Below the pieces are notes generated by a model. It worked only from the letters and a program-made list of their open reading frames with translations, was not told the DNA's origin and did not search any database. Positions 23,906 to 33,020 of a stretch of 64,000 bases of DNA are shown here, one piece after another. Every line of letters begins with the position of its first letter. The first letter of the stretch is position 1. The translations under genes were made by a program, and so were the position numbers. Source of the DNA: Lama guanicoe (taxonomy: Eukaryota); contig MU054400.1 in the NCBI GenBank assembly GCA_013239625.1, forward strand, positions 3,136,282-3,200,281, read 5' to 3'.

Positions 23906-26779
23906 GCATCATTTATCTCCTTTGTTTTTTTCCTTTCACTTAGTCAAGTCGGAAGGGATTTTGCAGGAATCATGGGGATGTATGTGTAGTGTGACAACAA
24001 AAACAGAACTTTGTCTCATTGTTTTTATTTTTTAGCCACAAACTCTGGTTTTTGGAATTTTAATAGCATTAAAGAAGGATGTTGACTTTTTCTTTTATAA
24101 TTTAAGATAAATTTTTATTGTCACAAAAGCAGTGTATGTACCTTTTAAATTATTAAGCAAGAAAAAGAAAGAAATGCACCATATTCCCATAAATCAGAGA
24201 TGAATCCTACTAACATCTTAGTGTAGTGACCTTACTGTAACTGCCAGATCTGGTAATAATTGCCACTTTTCTGTGTCAATTAATTTTCATAACATCAAAC
24301 ATCCAATCCATGTTCAAACCTTCCCCTATTGTACCAAAAAGAGAATATTAATATGAACTTTTTAAATGATTTTGAGAAATCCTTCAAAAACGACCCTTAA
24401 CTCGGTCACTGATACCTAAGCCCTATTTGTAACTGACATTTCAGAATGTGTGTTGGACGACGAGGTTGTGGGGAAGACGTGGGGAGAGCTCAGAGAGAGG
24501 GAACACCGAGTGCTCAGCAGAACACACAGTCAGTCAGGTTTCGCACCCTCGGTTCCACACCCCGCAGATACGGAGGTCCGACCATCCTCCACTGCTTTAC
24601 ATAAGGGACTTGAGTGTCACGAATTTGGTAACTGCCCAGGGTCCTGGAACCAATGCCCCTTGGATACCCAGGGACAAATGTATTTTTTCCTAAGCTGCCT
24701 GCCTGGTGATCAGGCATTTGAATATAGAAAACTGTATCCTGGTGACGCAAGCTACCAAGAGTGAGGGATAAGTATATGAGAGGAGAAAATGATTAACCCA
24801 AATGCTCTTAACTTCGACAGGAAACATGCAGACGCAGCTTGAATGGGCGGTCATGACATTGTCACAGTCACATGGGGCAACTTTTGGTGGATGATGCAGC
24901 ACGGGGCCAAAATATCCTCTATGTCCTCAATTCCACCACAGTTGCCATGGCAACGCTCTCCTGCATTTGGCCTAGGAAAAGCTGACAGTGAGATGCAGAG
25001 TGTGTGTTTTTATTTCTTGGAAACTAATGCAGGCTGGGGCCCAAGGGGAGCGTACCTCCGGCCACGCCACCAGCAGGGATCACGTGGAAAGGTTGTCCAG
25101 GATCTTCCAAAGGTGGACTTACTCTCTCACTGAAGAATAAACCAGATAAGGGGTTGACTTTTTGATTCTGGGCGACAGAGAGTGTTAGTTAAGAGACAAG
25201 GCAAGATTTCCTAATGGTTAGGAAGCTAAAAATTTCTGGGAGTGGTCCATAGGAGCAACCTCCCTTTGGCTTCACAATACAGACTATGTCAGCCGGCCTG
25301 AAGCCCTTTAACTTCCTCCAGTGGGGGTCAGACACCATCCCCCAGATTAGAGGGTCATATATCAAGGGCTCTGATGGTCTCCTGAAGCCCAGCTGACTAG
25401 GAGAGACATCCCCATTCCTCCTTGATGAGGGGCGGGAGTGGGGACCAGAGCATAGCTCTCACCAAAGAAATCCTTGCTCTGGTGTTCAACTTCTTTTGTG
25501 GCCTCTCCGACCTCTTGTAGACCAGGAGTAGGTGGTCAGCTAAGGTCCCTAAATCGGCAAATGCAGCCTAGGAGGCGGAGGGAGCACCTGACCTTGGAAC
25601 GTGAGACACCTTCGCCATCTCTAAGACAGAATCCCATTCCTGCATCCTGAGATGCACACACCAACAAACACATCTTCATCTTCCAAGTAAGGTTGGCACA
25701 AAGGGACGGCAGGGAAGACCACGCTGTCTTGCGGTTCGCTGCAATATTTATGAGGCAACTATTAACCAGATGTGATGGTTTCCCCACCTTCCCTTACCCC
25801 ACCATGCTCTCAGGTATAACCTTTCGCAGCTGCATTAATTTGATGTTGCTGTGATGTAAGATCAATGCCTTCTGAAAGGGAGGGGGTGCTTAGGCAAGAC
25901 AAAGAACCAAAAGAAGAGAGAGGAAGGCAAGAGGGCAACTTTGCAATCACGCCTGACGCCAGGACAACCAGACAGGTCAAAGTTTTCATCAAACTGCCTC
26001 TTCAACCAGCAGCTGCGTCCTCAGCTGCCACGTTGTTCATTTAAATTCAGAAAAAAGTAAGCATTTCAGGACTTGAGTGGCTTCTGGAAATGTTAGAAAA
26101 AAGATGGAAAAGTCATGTAGCCAGAGAAACCAAACCGCTATTCCAGATGGCAGGTGCTACCCGGATGACTAGGGCAACCCCACACGTGGAAATCATTTCA
26201 CTCCCAGAAAGATTGTTGGAATACTAAGTTTCAATGATTCATTAATTGTTAAAAGCATATGGCTCTTTCTTAGGCAATTTTGGATTGTTTCATCTTTTTC
26301 ATTTTTCATTTAAGAAGCACAGATGATATCACTAGAGATAAAATGCCTTGGTGATGGTGGTCAATGGCATGGCTGTGGCCTGTCCACTGGCCACGGTTAC
26401 CGTATTGCTCAGCTGGTCCACCAGGTAGCCAACCACATGAAAGGGTAGCCCTGAATTAAGTTGAAGAAAAGGCAAGAAGGTGATGAGAATGTGACAGAAA
26501 GAGACCAAAAAAAAAAAGACAGGACACAATAGTGGGACAGAGCATCTCTCGCCTTACTCATTTTGATGTTATCTCTTTCCCAAATAAAGAGAATAACTCG
26601 CAGATGGGGGCTGAGGGAGGCAGAGGCGGGCATCTGACTGGCTCAAGTCGCTCAAGAAAAGAAAAAAGTGAGACACCAAGCTAGAAACATCAAAGTAAGA
26701 GAGAAAGTTTAGAGAACTACCACCAGTAAGAAACCTAAATTTTATAAATAGACAAAAATAGGTCCATATAATAAATACT

Positions 26780-27215
26780 ATTTTAAATACTATTTCAATG
26801 ATATTTATCTCAGGATTGTTTATAATTACAAGTTAGAAACAACCTAAAGGACCAATAGTATTTTAAATGGTTAAACAAATGGTGGTCATTAAGATAATGG
26901 CATCGTATGTAGCTGTTACAAATTACATGTGCAAACATACTCATTGACAGAGCGGTCAATTCATAACTATTGGTAAGAAAAGAAAGGCAGATCATTAAAA
27001 GTGTAGGCAATGTGATCATAATTAGGTTAAATAAGTTTTCTGTGGATATTCAGATCCATGTGTGCAGAAACATGTCTGGAAGAATGCACACCACACCCTT
27101 ACAAGTAGTTCCCTTTGAGTGATGAAATTGTAGGTGATTTTAACTTTTCATTTTCTTCTTCTTTAATTTGTTTACATATATCCAACAAAAATATCTGCAC
27201 TTTTATCAGAAAATT
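26780..27215 (+). mobile_element. Old L1 (L1ME-like) 3' region
   Basis: ttgtttataattacaagttagaaacaacctaaaggaccaatag...atggttaaacaaat. Confidence 0.6.
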
Positions 27216-27689
27216 GCTATGAAAATAGGAACCTTCAGAAGAGAAAGAAAAGCCATCAGTCTTTCCCTGAGAAGCTGTGTCTACGTATGGAGACCAGGTG
27301 TGTTCTACACAGACTGCCAGCCCTGCAGCCCGAGCTGGGGGCTCACGTATCAGGAGAGCAGTAAGACCAGCAAGGCAACAGGACCCCTCACTTTCAGGGA
27401 GGGAGAAGTGGGGAATCGGCTTCCCTGTGGCTTGTTTTGCCACTTGCCTGAGTATCGTAGCACAAGAGAAGTCTGAGGAAAGGAAAGATGCCACGTCTTC
27501 CAACTTCTGCTCATATGCCCTTTGTTGTACAGGTTATATTTTGTACGAGGCTACCATTTATGCTAACATGGTGGTGTGGTTTTGAGGGCCACTGAGATGT
27601 CCTAGAAAGAGTGGTTGTCTAGGACACAGGTGTGGTGGGTCCTCGTCCCAACTCTGCCACCAAATTTGTCGGATCTCGGGCAATTTCAG

Positions 27690-27900
27690 TTCAAGTCAAT
27701 CAACATTTATCAAGCATTTACCACATGTCAGGAACACGACTCAACACTGACATACAAAGATGAATAGGACACTATTCCTACATTTGTATAACCTGAAACC
27801 TAGCCAGGGAGGTAAGCAACCAACCGAATGGGTACCACACAGTTTGGTACACATTATAGTAGAGATATGAGTAAAACATCGTGAGATCACGGTGGCAGGG
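27690..27900 (-). mobile_element. L2 fragment flanked by MIR pieces (~27600-27690 and ~28010-28070)
   Basis: tcaatcaacatttatcaagcatttaccacatgtcagg...aaagatgaataggacac (L2); tcttagtttcctcatcttgaagtg (MIR). Confidence 0.6.
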
Positions 27901-28942
27901 GAAGCTGTGTTCCCTGTGCAAGTAGGCAGGGTTTGGGCATTAGAAAGAATGTTAACTCTTGAGGTGGGCCTCTAAAGACAAGGCAGGGACGGGCCAAGCA
28001 AGTCGTTTTGCTGCTATGGGTCTTAGTTTCCTCATCTTGAAGTGAGGGCTTGTCTGGAAACTACCCCCCTCGGCATCTGCATTGCTCAGGGTGTGTTGAC
28101 TGCCCACCATCTTGACAAAAGCCCCAGCCCCGGTCATGTTGCTGATGCAGCCCTGATGCCTTACCAGTCTGCGTGCAGCAGATGTACTGGGCTGCTGAAA
28201 TAGTCCTCTACCTGGGGGATTTGGATGGAAGCCATCACTTGTGTCAGAAAGATGTATCCTGGGAAACTGGGAAACAAGGCCAAGAGGGTGACTGCAAACT
28301 CAATGCCACACTGAAACTTTGTCTTCTCTGGCCCAGTAGGGGTCATTTAATTCTCTAGAGAAGGTATCTCTGTTGACATTTGTATTTACTATTGATTAAA
28401 GCCTGGACACTGTGAAGTTACAGGTTAACTTGTAGATTTTTGTCTGGTAGAAGTGCAAATTACTTCTGTTCAGTAGAAGAGATGGCCTGAAGGTTACAGC
28501 TGTATTGCCCTGTAGGAAATTCATCAGATTTGTCTCTCAGCTGCACACACACACGCACACATACATAGCTCTGTGCCTGTCCTTCCTATTGGACTACGTG
28601 AACTCCAGTTTCTGAAATGTTTTTTGCAGCTTTGCCATCTTATTGGTTCCCTTGGTAAAGACATAATACATTTTGACACTTGTTCATTCTGTATTTGAAT
28701 GAGTCATGTCTTTAAAATTTTTAAAGTGATGCTTTGGCATATGAAAAAAAAATTTTTTTCTCCTTCATTTTCTGAGAATCAATTGCAGAGATTTCACTCT
28801 TTAAAAAAAAAAAAAGCAGTCGGCTGCTTTTTTTGCGTGGACTCATTTTAGCTGCATGTACTTCTTCCTGAACCAAGAGAGGACTTAGGGTTTATTCTAG
28901 TGACACCTGCCTGGTGACAGTAATCCAGGTGAAGCTAGCAGT

Positions 28943-28945
<3 letters not shown>

Positions 28946-28989
<44 letters not shown>
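28946..28989. repeat. Compound microsatellite (CA)14(GA)8
   Basis: Read directly from the sequence. Confidence 0.95.
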
Positions 28990-29198
28990 CTGGTTTGCTG
29001 ATTTACTGTATCTTTTTTAGAAGAAAGGTGTTCCTGAGACATCTTTATTGTTGAGACGATCCTCACACTTAGAGGTTATAAAATCTTGACACACAACCTT
29101 CACACTGCTTTCACTTGGCAGCATTAATAATATGGTGTCTTGTGTTTCATAAAACATTTCATGTACATTATCTTACTTATTCCTTAAAACATCCCTGG

Positions 29199-29248
29199 GT
29201 GAAATCAGGAAGTGCGATGCTACCAGCTTTGTTTTTCTTTCTCAGAGA
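29199..29248 (-). mobile_element. Short L1 ORF2 fragment
   Basis: Reverse complement tgagaaagaaaaacaaagctggtagcatcgcacttcctgatttc corresponds to the L1 ORF2 KNKAGGITLPDF region. Confidence 0.75.
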
Positions 29249-29459
29249 TGTGCATTACAAAAAGGGAGCGATAAATCCAAAGGCATACACTTTAGGGGAT
29301 TCTAACATAAATCAGAAAGTATAAGAAAGGATAAAAAATACAGAGTTAAATAAAGACTGCAGAGAAAATACAGACAAGGGAATGTTAAAGTAAAATCAAC
29401 CAATGGTCTTAGGTCTTAGGTCTGAGACTAAGAATTCATAGAAAGTAGCACATGTGCAT

Positions 29460-29650
29460 CCAAAAGAATACTTAGAAATAAATCTGACCAAGGAAGTGAA
29501 AGACTTATATGTGGGGAACTACAAAATATTGACTAAGGAAATTAAAAATGACTTAAAGAAATGGAAGGATATCCCATGTTCTTGGATTGGAAGAATTAAT
29601 GTTGTTAAGATGGCCATATTACCCAAAGCAATCTACAGATTTAATGTGAT
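29460..29650 (+). mobile_element. L1 ORF2 internal fragment
   Basis: [14 protein letters not shown]...[30 protein letters not shown]. Confidence 0.92.
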
Positions 29651-29757
29651 CAACAATTATATCCCCCAAGAACTGAATGACATTTCATCAAATATAGTAC
29701 TTGCCAAATAGATGCCTGCTTTTCCTGATACCTTTGTTGAGTAGATCAGTATCACTA

Positions 29758-31030
29758 TTTTTTTTTTTGCATTCCAACACACATTTATTGAGAATTCATA
29801 TACATGTGAAGCTACCCTTCCATGCCCCCCTCCCCCCTTCCCCCTGCCCCCCCACCCGAGTGCACCCCCTGCTGCCTAGGAAGGAGTTTGCAGCACCAAA
29901 GTTTCCAAAGAAGCTTCACTCTGAGGAGATAGACAAGTCCCTGCGCCCTAAGGAGCACACTCTTTAGCTCCAGGACCCGAGCCTCCTGCTGACACCACCC
30001 CTTCCCCTGCTTCTGCAAGGCCTCCCCCTCCAACTGACGGTGCCTCTCCTGCAGCCCCTGGAGCTCAGCCAAGGATCCTGGGTGCTCAGGGCTGGGGCTC
30101 CCCTGGGCGGTGCCCACGCCCCTCCCCTCGCCACATCCCAGCGCCCCTGTTCCGCTGGCACGTTCTCTGAAGGGTGTCCCTCTTCTGAAAAGTGAGCAAG
30201 TAGATTTCTCCACGTTGGATTTTCTTCTTCAGACTTGCTACAGGGCCGGGGGCTTTCCTTAGTTAAGTTCCCTTTCCTCTCCACAAAATTACTCTCAAGA
30301 GGAAAAGGACTCCACAAGTGGTGTACAACCAGGACGTCAGGTTAGATGCGGTCTCAGGCCAGGGGCCCGCCAGCACCTCGGCCCAGCGACCCATCAGGAG
30401 ACGGACCACGCTCTGCAGGGTCCCAGGCACCGCAGTGCAGACCTTTGAGCACCCGCCCTTGACAAAGGCCTCTGTCGCCGCCTCAGACAGCCACCGATGA
30501 CGACACCCCAGCCACAGCACCTGCAGACAGAGTCTGTCCTGGGCTGGTGGCCTCAGATCTCGAGAGTGGGTCAGGGTCAGGCAGACAAGGACTTGGGGAA
30601 CAGTCAGGGGAAGCTGGGACCAGATACCCACTGCGCACTTGGAGGGGATCGAAGCTGGGTTGGCACGCCAGAGGCCTGGGAGGTGCGCTCCAGGGGTGGG
30701 CAGGGGTCCACTGTGCCGCTGTTCTCCCAACCCCTTTCCCCCATCGCGGGGCTGGAACCAGAGGGAGAGGGGCCAGGCCAGCCTCCGCGGGTACAGGAGG
30801 TGCTGGGTGCGGGTGCGCAGACTTGATGGCCCTCAGAGGGGCCCGCAGAGCGGCCCAAAGGTGGATCTCAGCACAAAAGTGGAGTGCACAGTGTGGGTGA
30901 CAGCCCAAGCAAGAAGCAAGGACACTGAGTGTGTCAGAGGTGGGCGGGGAGAAGCCGGTGAAGAAGGCGGTGGCGACGGCAGCAGTAACCAGCAAGAGAA
31001 CCAGAAAGGCCATCTCTGCTATGGCTGACC
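29758..31030 (-). other. Candidate compact transcription unit or retrocopy of unidentified origin (GC/CpG-rich, with poly(A) signal and encoded A11)
   Basis: On the minus strand: AATAAA at 29784-29789, then 15 nt, then A11 at 29758-29768; TATA at 31047-31054; sharp GC and CpG elevation relative to the flanks. Confidence 0.55.
30483..31013 (-). CDS. Hypothetical 176-aa ORF with signal-peptide-like N-terminus and Pro-rich C-terminal half (coding status unproven)
   Basis: First ATG after the TATA box, in strong Kozak context (GAGATGG); starts MAFLVLLLVTAAVATA; no family recognised, and long ORFs arise easily in GC-rich DNA. Confidence 0.25.
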   Translation of the reverse strand: MAFLVLLLVTAAVATAFFTGFSPPTSDTLSVLASCLGCHPHCALHFCAEIHLWAALRAPLRAIKSAHPHPAPPVPAEAGLAPLPLVPAPRWGKGVGRTAAQWTPAHPWSAPPRPLACQPSFDPLQVRSGYLVPASPDCSPSPCLPDPDPLSRSEATSPGQTLSAGAVAGVSSSVAV

Positions 31031-31150
31031 TTGGCAGCGGTGCTGGCTTTTATAACCATGCCTGGTGCGTCACAATGCCTCCCTGTGACCACTGCGGCCC
31101 CTCTGGCCAATTGCCAGGCTGCTCTCAGAAGGCCACCCCTCCCGCCAATC
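31020..31150 (-). promoter_or_regulatory. Pol II promoter-like motif array
   Basis: TATAAAAG 31047-31054; CRE-like TGACGCA 31066-31072; CCAAT at 31107-31111 and 31145-31149; GC-box-like ccctcccgcc ~31137-31146; NR5A/ERR-type CCAAGGTCA 31026-31034. Confidence 0.6.
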
Positions 31151-31176
31151 ACCAGGCAGCTCTCACTCTGTCCCTC

Positions 31177-31631
31177 TGTAACAGAAAAGACCACATCTGA
31201 CTCCCTGTTAGATCTGTTCCTTTGGCTTTAACCCTGTGCCGTTTCCTGGGATTAAGTCTTGCTAGCTCTGCACCTTTTCTAAAAGAATGTTGCCTTTAGC
31301 CTGAAATACACAGGAGAGCCCATCCTCAAGGCTCTGACCTTTAAGGGTATAACACTTTTGCACTTATATAAAGATGACAAGTTGCAGAATAGAAAATAAC
31401 GTTTGTTTTGTGGGAGGTTTACAGGGACACCAAGACCTGACCCACGTGGACAGCTGCAAGAGCAAAGGACTCTGACACCAAGAAGTTTGCAACAACCAAC
31501 CGTACCCCCTCCCCTTTTTAGTATAAAAGGAGCCTGAATTCTGATGAGGAAGATGGTTCTCCAGACCATCATCCCCCATCTTCTCAGTCGGCTGGCTTTT
31601 CGAATAAAGTCGCTATTCCTTGCCTCCCCCC
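31177..31631 (+). mobile_element. ERV1 LTR (artiodactyl MER41-like), 3'-truncated shortly after its poly(A) signal
   Basis: Starts TGTAACAGAAAAGACCACATCTGACTCC; TATAAAA 31522-31528; AATAAA 31603-31608 in the context ggcttttcgaataaagtcgctattccttgcc; followed by A6 at 31632-31637, with no U5 or terminal CA seen. Confidence 0.8.
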
Positions 31632-31884
31632 AAAAAAGTCTAGTCCAATCTTTCCTAAAACATGTGGCACAGCTTGTTTCTAGATATTACGTGTAGAAAC
31701 TGGGGTTCAATTATCAAAAAAGTCAGGAAACGTGGGACTCAACAATAAAGATGCTTCTTCCTTCAGGTTTTCCCAACGTTTAATATCCTAATGGGACTCC
31801 GATCTGTAAGAGGGGGCTCCTAGATTCCTTCACCTGGCTTTGAAAGATCATCTGTATTGTTGACTTTGTTCCTGTCTATTAAAA

Positions 31885-33020
31885 AAAGTAATAAAATATT
31901 TTTAGAGCAGTTTCAGGTTTACAAAGTCACTGAGCAGGAAGCACAGAGAGTTCCCATGTAACTCGCTCCTTCATTCGCCACTCACCCCAGTTTCTGCATT
32001 ATTAACACCTTGCATTAATGTGGTATACTTCTGTTATGACTGATGGAACAATGTTAGAATGTTGTTATTAACTGAAGTCCTTAGTTTGCGTTAGTATTCT
32101 CTCTCAACTTGTGTGGTTCTATGAGCTTTGAGAAATGAGTGATAGCATGTGTCCACTATACGATGTCACACAGGACAGTTTCACTGGCTTAAATACCCTT
32201 TTCCACATCTGCTCCACATCTGGCACCAGCGATCTCTGATCTTTCCATTGTCTTTGTCAGTTTGCTTTCCCCAGAAAGGCATATAGTTGTACTCATCCAC
32301 TGTGTAGCCTTTTCAGAATGAATTCTTTTACTCGCCCATCTGCATTTAGAGTTTTTCTATGTCTTTGTTTGTTTGTTTGGCTTGATACCTCATTTCTTTT
32401 TATCTCTGAGTAGTATTCCATTGTCTGGATGGACCACAATTTGTTTACCCTTTCACCTATTAAAAGACACCTTGGTTGCTTCCAATTTCTGCCTGAATCA
32501 TGAATAAATCATGGATAAGGCTGCTATAAACACTGGTGTGTAGGTTTCCTGGGAAAATAAGTTTTCAGTTCATTTGGGTAAATGCTTATGATAATGATGG
32601 CTAGATTGTATGTAAGACTATGTTTAACTTTATGAGAAACCACCAAATTGTCTTCTGGCCCACTTGGCATTCCCATCAGCAGTGATGGGAGTTCCTGTTG
32701 CTCCACTTCCTCACCAGCATTTGATGTTGTCAGTGTTTGGGATTTTAGCCATTCTAATAGGTGTGCAGTGGTATCTCCTTGTTTTAATTTGTGGTTACTT
32801 AATAACAGACGATGCTAAACACTGTTTCACATGTTTATTTCCACCTGTTTATCTTCCTTAGCAAGGTATCTATTCATATCAATGCCTGCTTTTTAATTTT
32901 GTTGTTTTCTTATGGTTGACTTTTAATTTTTTTTAATACTTGGATACAAGTCCGTTATCAACCATGTGTTTTGCAAATATTTTTTGCAAGTCTGTGACTT
33001 GTTTTTTCATTGCCTTAATC
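31885..33020 (-). mobile_element. Old L1 (L1MC-like) 3' region
   Basis: ttttagagcagtttcaggtttaca...agagagttccca...; further on agtagtattccattgtctggatg and cattctaataggtgtgcagtggtatctc. Confidence 0.85.

Noticed and set aside
30263..30520. Saposin/NK-lysin-like appearance of CSKVCTAVPGTLQSVVRLLM
   Set aside because: The six-cysteine saposin spacing is not present; the resemblance is superficial.
30931..31200. Histone H1/H2B-like start (SEVGGEKPVKKAVATAAVTSKRTRKA) on the plus strand
   Set aside because: Non-ATG start and no histone fold follows; it is the antisense reading of the Leu/Phe-rich 5' end of the minus-strand cassette.
29178..31662. ttccttaaaacat / ttcctaaaacat as a TSD around the cassette block
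   Set aside because: The copies are not directly adjacent to the inferred breakpoints, and the left copy is part of a MIR-like sequence; probably coincidental.
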